Of a stretch of 64,000 nt of DNA, positions 12,250 through 25,083 are shown in pieces. The notes beneath the pieces were generated by a model that worked only from the letters and a program-made list of their open reading frames with translations, was not told where the DNA came from and made no database searches. The DNA is from Felis catus (Eukaryota). The DNA is taken from positions 31,560,001-31,624,000 of the forward strand of contig NC_058368.1 in NCBI RefSeq assembly GCF_018350175.1, written 5' to 3'. Each line of letters begins with the position of its first letter. The stretch's first letter is position 1. The position numbers and the translations under genes were made by a program.

Positions 12250-12671
12250 TAAGGTACTGAGAGTCTGACCTCAGCTCACCTCTTCAAGCTTCTCTCCTGA
12301 CCTCATCTCTGAGTGCCAGTTCCCACAAGCCTTATAAAATTCCTTCATTTCTTTACATGTGCTCTGTTATCTCTCTCCTTCAGGTTTTTCCATACTTCTG
12401 CTATGACATTCTTTCCCTCCAAAATTAACCTGGCTAACTTGTACTCATCATTCAAATGTCAGCTTAGACATAATTTTCTACACTAGGTGCTAACCCTTGC
12501 TTGACCCCATAATTCTGAGACAGATGTTGTTCTTATGAGCTCCCATAAAACACTGTTCTATGTCCACACTAGTGTGTAATTGCCTGTTTAATTGTCTGTA
12601 CCCCACACCAGATGGTAGAACACCTTGTTCACCCTTGAATCCCTAGTCAACAGCACAATGCCTAGCACAAT

Positions 12672-12705
<34 letters not shown>

Positions 12706-12720
12706 ATAGAATGGATGAGT
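12250..12720 (+). mobile_element. L2 3' end
   Basis: CCTGGCTAACT..TACTCATCATTCA...AGCACAATGCCTAGCACAATAG...GAATGGATGAG resembles the L2 terminus. Confidence 0.75.
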
Positions 12721-13559
12721 AAACTCACATAATTTTGGTTTGCTTATTTTACAGGGAGAGGAAAACCCTTGAATGGGAATGTGATTTTTAATTTTTACTT
12801 CTACAAGACAATCTAAGAGCAAATAAATATCACTTTATTGATTACACTTCTTACAAATGACTCAACTGTCCTTGTTTATATTGAACATCATTCCTAGGCT
12901 CAAAAATCATTTACAAGTAATAAAATAAGCAGAGACATAATTACGGCATAATGCTCAAATCTGATGAAGCTAGGAGATATTGGTAATTTAGACCTATATG
13001 AAGTGCAAAAGCAGATTAGTGAGGCCTGCAGAGGATAACACAGATGAGAAACAAATTGTTTCACATTGTAGAAATTAAAATCTTAGAAATTGGAAGGGAC
13101 AACTTTGGTGAAAGACAAGGGGGAGGTGGAGGGAGATGCTGAAAAGAGGGGGATTGTTTGAATGCTTTTTAATGGAGTGGATTGGGGGCCAGGTCCCCAA
13201 TGACCCTTAATGTGACCTGGATACTCACCCTTCATCTACCACCAGTCTTAGGCAATGGGTTTAAGAACCTGAACCCGAAAAGTTTCAGAGCAGAGGTAAA
13301 TAATAGGACAATATAGAAGAACTGAAATCACAATGAATTATGTGGCTGCAACTCTCACAAGTACCCAAAATGCATGTAGGGTTCTTTCCTGCTCTCCTTA
13401 TTTTCTTGCTTTTCCCCACACTCCCTCAACCTTGTCACAATAGAGTAGAGGATCCCTCTCTGGGGAAAGAGAATGGCTTTAAAAGATTGTCTTGCAGAAA
13501 CTACAGTGTGGGAGTGAGCCCCAAGGTAAAAACAGACAGTACAAATGATTTCACCACTT

Positions 13560-14520
13560 GACAAACTTGGTCCAGCCATGGGGAATATTTGCAGGCAGTT
13601 TTTCAGGTATTTAATCTTACATATGACTTTCTTTAAACAACCTTCTAAAATAAAGGGGGAAAAAAGCAAAAGAAGCCATGAGAGGCATTCAGCAGAGATA
13701 AATTTCAAAGAAAATTTGATCACCTATCAGAGAGATAAGACACTGCAATGTGAAACAAGGATATGCTATTAAAAGAAATAAAAGAAAATAAGAAATTTCA
13801 ATTGGTAATTATAATTATGGAAGCTGCAATTTTACAAAAATTCATTAGAGAGATTAGAAGTTAAAGTTGATCTTTCAAAGGATAAAAGAAAAGAAAAAGT
13901 TGAGAAATGAGGAAAAGTTAGAAGATTGAAGAAAAAATTGCTACATCTGATTAATGAGTTCCAAAGAGCACAGAAGGGAGGAGATTTCTAGTGAAATAGT
14001 ATGAGGACCTTTATTAGAACTCAAGAGTATAAAATTCTGGATGGAAATGGCCTACGAAGTCCAAATACAATGGACTGAAAAGTAGATGCATCATTAACAT
14101 AATTTTGAAATTTTAGATCACCAACACTCGCTAGTCAATTCTAGAATTTTGCAGGGTAAAAATAAGGTCATGGTAAATATTCAAGTATAGCATTAAATTA
14201 CTCAAAAACATTGGGAATCAAGTTTGGAGCACTGGCTTCAAAAGTCTAAGATGAAATCATTTTATCTTAAAACATTCAAATTACAAAAATCATAAGCCAA
14301 GGAAAAGAGTAAAATAAAAGTAATTTCAGACAACGAAACATCAAAATTTTATTCCTCACTCTCCCTTTCTTGGGAAGCTATTAGAAGATGTGCTTGACCA
14401 AAGCATGGAGACAAACCAGTAAATAGAAATGCAAGGGAGTTCCAAAATAACATGAAAGAGTGTAAAACTATAATAATAATAAATCAACAGATAATATAAA
14501 ATATTATGAATGTTTATCAG
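13560..14520 (+). mobile_element. Ancient L1/HAL1 ORF1-region relic
   Basis: A-rich purine strand; CCCTTTCTTGGGAAGCTATTAGAAGATGTGCT resembles old L1ME/HAL1 sequence. Confidence 0.5.
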
Positions 14521-16169
14521 CACATTGAAAATATTAATAAATAAGGAAATAAAAGCCAGCCCCTCTCCAAATAGTTTTTATAAGAGTTGAAAACAGTAGG
14601 CCCACAGGACAAAACTAATTTTTGTGTGTATATGGAACAAGAGAAATGGATAGCCGGGCTAATGCTGTGTTCTGTTATAAATTTGTGCTTATAATATGTG
14701 CAAGTATTAATAAATATAAAGTAAAATATAAAAATTAATTATAAACAAAATATCCTTATTATTTTCCATTGTGTTTTCAAAGGAGGCAGAAGTGATTGAA
14801 TGATAGAATATCTTCTAAGAAAACCACAAATCTGTGCATGTAATTGGAGTCCCAAGTACTCCATGCCTTGAAAAAACAGCATATTAACAAATAATAAAAA
14901 TTAAATTTTCCAGAATGCTTTTTATCTGTGATGTAGTTATTGACTGGTAAAGTTTATAAGCTTCTTTAACTTACTAATAAAATCTCCTTTGAATTGAATA
15001 ATGTACTTTTGATACAGAGATTCCCTTGAATTCTGGAAGATATAAATCTGATTCAAATTTGAAAACGTATTGAATGGATTTTAAACATAGCCAAACTAAA
15101 TCTTGAATTTTCATCTGTTAATGGTACATAATAATCTGAAGCTTTCACATTAATTCTAATGACTTAAGACAGGCTTATATTCAGAAGTCTGATTTTTACA
15201 TAACTTATCTTGGTTAAAATTCTGGGATATTTCTGTTAATCCAGAGCAGAGTACAATGGAGAGAATTTAAAGATGTAAACAACACTTTAAATCAGGAAAA
15301 CCAGTTATGTGTTCTAAACCAAGGCAAATTATATAAAGTTTACCTCTTCGTCCTCTTCAGCTCCTTGAAGGGCATTTGTGCGTTTGTAGTAAGGCACAAG
15401 GATCCCTTCTTTCACAGAAAATAACCATCCTATGATAGAATTATACCACATACATTTCAGGATGATTCCGTGTTTGAAATTGGAATATAACAAAGTCTAA
15501 TAGGTTAAGGCAAATTCACTCAAACCAAAGGAATTTTGGACTTCCTCTATTGCATCAATTTGTATTGTCAAAGAACAAGTTGAACCTATGTACTCTGTCC
15601 TGATTGAACCCTCCAACCCATTACTCTTTGCTCACTGAGTAAAGTATTTAATACTATAAAAGTGGCTTCTTGTATCTCAACATTACTTTAGAATGATGGC
15701 TGGTTTCTTCAAGTGTGTGACAGAGACAAAAGATAGTTCTGAATGGCAATTGCTTTAATAAATAACTCAGATAAATAGATTTCATAGAAGCTACCCTACC
15801 TAGGACAATGGTTTTTGCTATTTTTTTTTCTCCAGCATAATACTTCCATAAACTCAGCTAGAGTAATTTCCATTTAATTAGCAATTATTACCAGTTAAGA
15901 CACTTTATATTTTAGAATTGTATGTGGACTTTAGAGAACTGCAAGTTGTTGTTGTTACTGAGTTATTATTATAGCAGAAGAAACAGACAAATTAATGACA
16001 ATTCATAATGTATGGTGATGGTAATAATGATTTTATTATATCAAATATATGACAAACTCACCCTCCCAGCTTCATTATTTGAAAAGAATGTCCATGAAGA
16101 TGTTGGTATACCATGCTAAGGAGTTTGTATCTTATCCTTTTGTCTTGTCAGGAGAAAATGCAATGGAAA

Positions 16170-18400
16170 GGGTTAGGATTTGAGTTTATGCTCTAATTGT
16201 CTCTCAACTATCTGTTTTCCCCTTATTTCCTTTATTAATAGAATTTCCCTGTCCTTTTATCTGGGCTAACAGCTGAAAAGACTATAGAGGACAATATTTC
16301 CTTCTTCCTTCACACAGATATACCTGTAAAATTAAATTCTTGACAATGGAATATGAGCAAAAAGTGACGTGTGCAAGTTCTAAATCATGGCCTAAAAAAA
16401 CCAGTTGTTAACCTCTGCTCCCTTTCTTCCTTCCTGAGGATCTGAATGTTATTCTGGTCATGATCAGCCAGCTATAATTGTGTATGAGGGCTACACATGA
16501 GAGAAAAGTAGAGCAAGAAGACAGAGGGACTCTGCATCTGTGGAAAATTTTTGGAGAAGCAGCCTAATTCTTTCTGGACCATTCACCAACCCTGAACTGT
16601 TATGGTGAGAAAGATCTTAATATATTTTTTCTTTAAATTACTGTATTTGGTAGTCTATTAGTTGTAGAAATTTAGTTTCCATCCTGTGCAATAGGAAGAA
16701 AAATGGTACCTGGTAATTAGGTGATTTTATAATAAAATCCTAAAGTATATGGCATCAGTTTAATAATCTTAAGCTGAACAGCAAGGATATAGATGCCACA
16801 GTCTAGAAGGTTTTAGTTCTGGTTAGTAGTAAAAAACACTAAAGCATTCTATAACAATTTGGAAAGCAGATCATATTTCTATATAATCTACAGCTCTGGA
16901 AGTGGTTAGAAAATGTTAAAATATTCTTGGGTTTTTTGTTTGTTTTGTTTTGTTTTAGTCTTATAATGATTAGCAAGATATCATCATAAAATAATCAGAC
17001 TAAAGCAGAAATGGCAATGGATATAGTTCTTCAATGGAAGATTCTGCCATGGCCTGCACTATAAAGTGACTGGGAGTTTAATCATTAGAGGTTTTGCGGT
17101 GTTGGGATGATCAACTACTTTTCAACTGTAAACACCGGGGTTTATCAATGTGACCTCAAGCTTGTCTCACATCTTCTATTTAAATGTCCCTTGCTACGCA
17201 ATAGGAATTAACTCTGTAGTAAATATAAGATTCAGGAAGTTCCAGTTTTACAGAGCATCTTGTTTCAAGGGGCATCAAGGGAATCCTAAATAGCCTGAAA
17301 GAGAGTGGGATGTTCTGAACACAGAGGTATAAGGCTTAGGAAATATGTGTAGATGAAGTATTTGGCTAAGGGCACTTGCATATAGAACTAACTGGAAGCA
17401 TACATTTAGAAGCCTAAAAGATGAAGTATGTTGCCAAAGAAACTATGATTCTGGCCTGAAAAAGTCTATGTCTTTTCAACCCCTCCCACCCAAAAAAAGT
17501 TGGGGACACCAAATCTGTACCAGGACAAAGTTGGGTAGGCCTTGGCAGGGCACATTCTCCAATGGCAACTATAGAGATGGAGTGACAACTCACTGTCCAA
17601 GCAGCAACAACGCAGGTTGCAGATGGTCTTAGGAGCTGCCAGAGAATGATTTCTCACAATGTCTGCCAAGCAGAATTTGATAACTACTAGAGAACAGTGA
17701 CTGTTATGTGTTCCTCATTCTTTCAGTTTTCTGAGTAAAGGATTTAATGCAATTACTCTGCTCATACTCCACCATTGTAAATTAGGCATAATAGGAAGTA
17801 GATAAACCCATTTGTTGAAGTAAAGGATGCCATAATTTTAAGGAGCCACATCTAGGCCTGATGGAGTGGACTATTCCTCATCTAGAGATCGTGGATGGAC
17901 CTTGAGCTGAATGGCAAACATGGATAGGATGTTGGGATGTCTTCCTGGAATGTGTGTGTATGTGTATGTGTGTGTGTTTGTTGAGGATATGCTTAATATA
18001 TGAGAAGAAAGGTGCTTTTATGTTTATAGGAATTGGCTGAGGGAGAATTTTCCTTTTGAAATAAAATACTCGTCAACTAGAGATTGCATTCAGGTGTGGC
18101 CATGTGAGTACATTCTGGTCAATGGCAGGTGAAGGGAAGGTATGTGTACCCATTATAGGTCATGTCTGAAAGGGAAGCTGGTTACTCTTATTCTCTTTTT
18201 CTCCCTTCCTGAAATCAGAAATATACACAGTGGTGTGAATGAAATGACCTTCTAATGGATGGTGAACATCACATAGAAAGGTCCTGACTGGCTAGATTAC
18301 TCTGTACTACCCTGTTTCTTGAGAGAAGAGTGAGTTTTTATCTTATCCAAATTGCTGTGATTTCAGATCTTCTTAACAGTAGCCTCTTTTACTAATCCCA
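16170..18400 (+). mobile_element. MLT1J/I-like MaLR element: LTR (about 16170-16690), internal region, LTR (about 18020-18400)
   Basis: Two homologous LTR-like blocks (TTCTTGACAATGGAATATGAGCAAAAAGTG vs TTCTGGTCAATGGCAGGTGAAGGGAAGG). The internal part starts AATGGTACCTGG...CCTAAAGTATATGGCAT and contains GGAGCCACATCTAGGCCTGATGG. L2 pieces flank it. Confidence 0.7.
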
Positions 18401-19820
18401 GAGATGATAAATATGAGATTTACAGTTTAAGATGCTACCGCTGGCTGTGGACTGGATGACAGACTGGAAAGAGAGAATCCAATTAGATGTCTAGAAATAG
18501 CCCTTGTGAGAAATGATGGTATAAAAATATAACACAATGACAACAGCAATGAAGATGAAGAGAGTGCTTTGACAGATATTGGAGAAGTAAAAGTGACCAG
18601 ACATTTTTAACTAATTAAAGATGGAAGTTGAGAGATTAGAGTAAGTTTTAGATGAGTTCAAAAATTTTCAGTAAATGCCTACCATATGCCAGACACTGGT
18701 TATTTTCTGTGTGCAAAAATAAATAAATAAATAAATAATAAAAAAATAAAAATAAATGTAAAAAGCTTCATTGAAGACATTCATAATTTTGTTTACAAGA
18801 TAAGAACAAACACATATACACATGAAAAAACTTAAGGCAGTATTTGTTTAATTACAAGAGTCAAAGATAGTCTAGAAAGGTTATAAGCTTTCAGCAGAGA
18901 AACTCATTATAGGAGGAGAATTCATAAAGAATGTCCAACTTAAGCTATTCCTAAAATGATGAATCATATTAATATAGAAAAGAGAATAGATGGAAAAGAG
19001 AGGCTAGCTGTGTTATTAGTGGTTAATATTAGCTATTCCAAAAGTTCCAATTTGAAAATTTATATTTAATTTGTCATAGATATTGCCCATTTTTTAATCC
19101 ATCAGCTTTTGTTTTGAATAGTTTGATAAAGTTAAAGAAAATACTGTTATTCTAATTAATACATACACACATTCCATCTCTAAGTATCCAGATTTCCATA
19201 TTTTATCAAGTGTATAGGTTAAAAAGTAAATTATTTAATAGATGTGATGGGTTTAGGTTTAAGATTTAGCATGATATTTACCATCATCAAAGATTTCTGA
19301 AGGCAAAACTGTTATGTTTCCTTTACTCTAATCAGGATCTTGAAATCTTAATTACATTGTATTTTAAACACGTGATAATATATACCATTTATTGAATGCT
19401 TATTATGTTGCAGGTCCTGTTTAAATGACTTCATGTGTATTCGCTCACTTAATGGAGAAACATAGAAGGAAGGAAAGTAGGAAGGAAGGAGGAAAGGGAG
19501 GGAAGGAAAGAGGGAGGAATGGAGGGAGGGAGATCAGTAAAAGTGTATTTCATAACACTGTTTTTTTTTTTCAATTTTGTAAAAGTTGAGGATGACTGTT
19601 ATTCTTTGTATTCTATAAGCAGTTACACAATTGACATTGCTGAAATGTACATTCTGAAATGCTGCTAAGAGAGGAACATATTTATTGTGTTCAGTAACAT
19701 TTTTTAATCACCTTTCCCATTGCTGACTGCTTCCTCTAAGTCCCTCCTACAGTTTGCAGATGATCTGGTCTCTTGGTCTCTTTATAATCCCCCTCCCGAA
19801 CTCTACAGCTCCATCTGTAA

Positions 19821-20042
19821 TTTTTTTTTAAATTTTTTTTAAGTTTATTTATTTTTGAGACAGAGAGAGACAGAGCATGAACAGGGGAGGGCCAGAGAGA
19901 GAGGGAGACACAGAATTGGAAGCAGGCTCCAGGCTCTGAGCCATCAGCCCAGAGCCCGACACGGGGCTCGAACTCACGGACCGTGAGATCGTGACCTGAG
20001 CTGAAGTCGCACGCCTAACCAACTGAGCCACTCAGGCGCCCC
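19821..20042 (-). mobile_element. SINEC_Fc
   Basis: Full-length; TSD CTCCATCTGTAATTT. Confidence 0.97.
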
Positions 20043-20973
20043 CTCCATCTGTAATTTATCTGTATTCACCTTCTACTTCTCCCTCTGTCTACTTTTCTAT
20101 TTTTCTCTCTCCTGCCAGTTATGCTCTGCCCATACAAATATAAAATCTTTCTATATCTCCACTTCTCTAATTCAACCATTTCCCCCTTGGTGCTACCCCT
20201 CCCCCGGCCTATAATTTACTATACCAAATGCCAGGGTAAGCATCGGAAAGCAAATCTGACAGTGTTAGCATATACTTCAGAGGATTTGCAGAAAGGAAAA
20301 AAAGGCCAGTGAACATTTAGGAGTTAAATTTTGCATTTATTCCTCTCACAATTATAAGAGTGCTATGCAAAACTTCTGGAAATAAAACTCTTTTTATACC
20401 TTGAGGATTCAGTGTCCAGGGCATTCATAACATTAAAATAGTCTGACTATAGAAAGTTGTTAATAAATCCCTGAAGGTATATTCCATATTCTGGGAAACT
20501 GAGCACATACAATAGCAAGCAGTGTAATTCTATCTGGTTCCAGTAATTGCACCAATTTGTTTGAAAGATAGAAATGTGCCCTTTACTTTAAGAAAAACGA
20601 AATTGAACATCCATATCCAGTGCCTGTAGCCAATTGACTTTGTTCATGAGAAATTCTTTGCAAAATGTGATATTGCCCAAAGTATCAGCACTGTCCACTT
20701 TGCTTTTGTAAATGCTCATTTTTTAAGGTTTTTTTTCAGTTGAATTCCTTCCTCATTTGTTAATTTAGCAGACAGACATTTATGGCACCCCAAGATGTCC
20801 TATGCACTTTATCTGTTTCTAGGAATACAATAAGAATTAGCAATGGCTCTTACCTCAGTGAATTTACAGTCTACATGTATGTAAATATATAAGGATCACA
20901 ACATGTAACAGAAGCCTTAGTAGAAATATACATACATAAAGAAGATCCATTTTAGGAATAAGTATAGAGAACA

Positions 20974-21123
20974 GGGCATCTGGGTGGCTCAGTGAGTTGA
21001 GTGTCTGACTCTTTATTTTGCCTCAGGTCATGATCTCAGCGTTGCAGTTTCACACTGAGTGTGGATCTTGGTTAAGTTTCTCTTTCTCCATATCTTTGCC
21101 CCCCCCCAAAAAAATTTTTTTAA
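20974..21123 (+). mobile_element. Older CanSINE
   Basis: Degenerate head and CT tract; TSD AGGA(A/G)TAAGTATAG. Confidence 0.85.
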
Positions 21124-21379
21124 AGGAGTAAGTATAGGGGACCCAATGGAGAATTCCATGACCTGCTCTGTAACAATTCTAGCTCAAGAAAAGCTAGACT
21201 CAAAGGCAGTTTCTTAAATTACTTCATTTGGCAAGGTTGAACCCAAAAAAATCTTTGATACAATCCATATAAATTTTTAATACTGAAATAGAAAGTAGTT
21301 TTAAAAGGCAAGGGAAGAATTAAGCTAAAAATGTAGAAGAAAAGTATTCAAAAGTTTAAGTAAGAGACATCTCATCTCC

Positions 21380-21598
21380 TTTTTAAAGTTTTTTTTTAAC
21401 TTATTTATTTTGAGAGAGAGAGAGAGAAAGAGCACAAGTGGGGGAGGGGCATAAAGAGGGAGAGAGAGAGAATCCCAAGCAGACCCTGAACTGTCAGCAA
21501 AGAGCCTGATGTGGGGCTTGAAGTCATGAACCATGAGATCATGACCTGAGCCAAAATCTAGTGTTGGATGCTTAACCAACTGAAACACCAGGCACCCC
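21380..21598 (-). mobile_element. CanSINE (SINEC_Fc2/3-like)
   Basis: Full-length; degenerate TSD AGA(CA/TG)TCTCATCTC. Confidence 0.93.
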
Positions 21599-21917
21599 AA
21601 GATGTCTCATCTCTTATCACCAAACAAAAAGGTGTCCTCAAATTCTGCAGTCTTTTCCAACCTTTGACTTTGTGAAGCCTTTCCTCCAAACTGTAAAAAT
21701 GTTGCCTTTTCCTAGATAACTCTTCTTGAAATGCCTGTTCTATCATTCACTTTCTTTGTTGGCTCTTGCTGAGACTACTTTTCCATGCTTGTCATTAAAT
21801 ATAGTTTCATAGTCTGATGATAGTATCTATACCCATCCTTTTAAATACTATCTTTATGACTATGGAATCTATCAGTTGCTTCCTACCTCCTACCTGGGAA
21901 ATAGACCAACCCCTTAC

Positions 21918-22171
21918 TTTTTTTTTTTTTAAGAGAGGAAAGAGAGTGTGCTCATACATGAGCATGTGTGCATGCATATACCATACACACATGCACATGA
22001 ACAAGTAAGGGGTAGAGGGAGAGGGAGAGAGGATCTGAAGCAGGCTCCACACCCAGCATGGAGCCCAACGTGGGGTGTATGGGGCTCCATCCCACCACTG
22101 TGAAATCATGACCTGAGCCAAAATCAAGAGTCAGATGTCTTAATCGACTGAACCACCCAGGCACCGCCCCC
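21918..22171 (-). mobile_element. Older CanSINE
   Basis: GGGGCTCCATCCCACCACTGTGAAATCATGACCTGAGCC type; TSD CCCTTACTTTT. Confidence 0.9.
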
Positions 22172-22659
22172 CAGCCCTTACTTTTAAACATTTTACGTAT
22201 GTCTCCAATAGGATATTCATAAGGCATGTCCCTACCAACCTGTTAAAAAAGAAATCCAATTTCTCCTTGCTTCTATATGTTTTATAAAGGGTTTCTTTAA
22301 TAAATCTTTGATAACAACCAAATTTGTTTCCCCTCACTACAGTATATTGCATATTCCTCTGTCTTCCTTTCTCCCTAACACCAGCATTGTATAATCCAAC
22401 ATTGCCCTGCCTCTAATGAATTCCTTTCCTCTTGTGTGCACTCTGGTCTTAGCCTATTAATTTGTCCATGATCACTTATCCTCCAGATCCTCCCAGATGG
22501 TATTGTTAGACTGGTCTTACCACACCACAATGCAGATTGCATGACTCTCATATTGAAAAGAATTTAAAGACTCCTCATAGACTGTAAAATTAAATTAAAT
22601 TTATTCCTATAAGTGTTGTGTTTAAACATCTTTTTCATGATGCATATTGAAACACTTTT

Positions 22660-23755
22660 CTTTTTTTGAGTCCTGTGATGCCACATATTCTTGTTTTTTT
22701 CTACTGAATGTGTACACATTCTCTTTTTATTTTCTTCACACACTCTCTCCAGATTATCCCCATTATTCTCATGACATTTAAGTTATCCATATGCTAAGAG
22801 TTCCAAATGTATATCTCTAGCCTGATTCCTCTAGAAAGCACACATTTAACTGCCTACTTGTTATTTTTATTTCAATGTCTTACCAACATTTCAGAACTAA
22901 CTTCTCCAAAGAGAGCATTTTTTTTACCTCTGAAATCTGTGTTCCTCCCCAGATACTTCTTATCATAATAAATAACACCACTTTCCCACTTGCTGACATC
23001 AGAAATCCATATTTATTATTTGTTTTATTCTTCGATTTCATCCCCAAATGCAACTCATCAGCAGATTTATATTCGTATCTTCTGTCATCAATTCACTTTA
23101 GATCATCACCTGTTCTTGCTTGAAATATGACATCCTTCTAACTCTATGTTTTCATTCTTGTCACCTTCCACATTCTTCACAAGGCATCCAGAGGAATCAT
23201 ATTTGGATAGTGTCAACCTCTATTTATAATCCATTAATAGCTTCTATTGTGCATGGAGTAAAAATCAAATTTCTCAACATAATTTTTAGCCCTGCGTGAT
23301 CTTGGTCCTGCTTACCTCTTTGGCCTCATCTCAATGCTGTTCTCACCTACTACCCTAATCCCCTCTTTCACCAGATCCCAGATCGGTGAAACATTTGCAT
23401 ACATTTGCCTGTGCATAGTGCTCCATTTTACCCATTCTAAAATAAGTCCTTCTCTTCGTTCAGCTCTTATCATAAATATCTCATTATCAGAGAAATCTTT
23501 CCTGAAAAGGTAAATAAGATAGTCAACCTTTTCTTAGTATCTATTTTAGATGCCAGTTGGTTCCCTTGACACCCTTTATCACAGTTTGTAATTACTTAAT
23601 ATATTTATGTATTTATTTGCTTTTCTATTTCCCTACTCCATGTAAGCTCCCTGAGAACATATAGTTGGTCAGCCTGGAAGTCTAGGCCTGGAAGCTAATA
23701 TGGTACATGGCACAACATGGTGCATATTCAGAGACACCTGAATAAATGGATGAAA
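22660..23755 (+). mobile_element. L2 3' region
   Basis: TCCAAATGTATATCTCTAGCC...TCTCATTATCAGAGAAATCTTTCCTGA...GTAAGCTCCCTGAG...GAATAAATGGATGAA. Confidence 0.8.
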
Positions 23756-24864
23756 AACTCTATGTATCATCTCACTTGTCTACTTGATATTTTTCATATA
23801 TAAACATATTTTACTTCTAGTTTATTGGTTTTACTCTTCCTGTTTCCTTTGAAGTCCCATTATACTTTCAAAGCACCAAACTAATGGGACTTTCTTGAAA
23901 TGCCACTGTCCTTTCCCTAAAGTGCCAATTAACCAATTGTTTATAAAAGGAAGTCTTTCAACAAATGGAATATAATTTATTTCTCTGTGAAATCTCATAG
24001 CACTTGAGGAAAGGGATCTTTTCCTAAGGAATTCTCATAATACATTACTATGGGTATATGAATTGTGTCTGACAAATGTTATATCCTTTTATCCCATATC
24101 AGAATGCTATATTGTTCAACACTTGCTGAAGAGGAGTTTCTGGTATATATATGAAAACATTTGTATTTTAAAAGTCTAGCTTATAATAGTTAACTATTAA
24201 CCTGTTAATGTGTTATGTTGACTTTGGGTTAGGCATAGGGCACATTTGAGACACTTAAGCTTTAATATTCTTGGTTTTATTTAGAAGTATCAAAAGAAAA
24301 CATGAATAATTATTTCTTACATTTTTTATGAGTATGTATAAAACTTCTTAAGTTTTTTATGAGTATGTATAAAAACATAATTTATAGTTATTAGAGAATC
24401 TAAACCAAAAAATACCTGCTCCTGCAAGATTCCTGGGGTTAAAACCATGTTAATTTCAAGTGCCATTGAGTATCTATAGACCAGTGTTATGTTTGTGTGG
24501 ATTTTATCTTTTTAAGGGACTGGAATTAGAAGTGAATCCAGAATACATAGCCGTCAATAAGTAACTCCTCAGTTGCTTCCTTCATTTATTGCAATCCAGT
24601 ATAACACAAACCTTGAAAGTGGTAAGGATCCTAATTTGAGGTTAAGTTAAACATTTTTATTTTTTTAAACACAGGCATTATTAGAATTGTTTTTCCTGGA
24701 ATTTTTCCTGTGATGTAAACATGCTTATATTGTCTTCTAAAAAACGAGGCAATCCTAAAACCTTCAAATACAGAGATTGGGTGGATTTAATTTATGAAAT
24801 AGTGTGGTGCTTCATAACCCAGATCTAGTTACAACACTTTCTTCTATACATGAAAATCTGTTTT

Positions 24865-25083
24865 GGGGTGCCTTGGTGGCTCAGTTGGTTAAGCATCCAA
24901 CTTCGGCTCAGGGCATGATCTCACGGTCCATAGGTTCAAGCCCTGCCTTGGCTCTATGCCGACAGCTCTGGAGCCTGGACACTGCTTCAGATTCTGTGTC
25001 TCCCTCCCTCTGTGCCCCTCCCCATTCATGCTCTGTCTCTCTGTCTCTCTCAAAGATAACAAATAAATGTTAACAATTTTTTT
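24865..25083 (+). mobile_element. CanSINE (SINEC_Fc-like)
   Basis: Full-length; TSD AAAATCTGTTTTGG. Confidence 0.95.

Noticed and set aside
12675..12702. Long poly(A) as an orphan retro-insertion
   Set aside because: No TSD visible; it lies within an L2 3' end and is more simply a homopolymer expansion.
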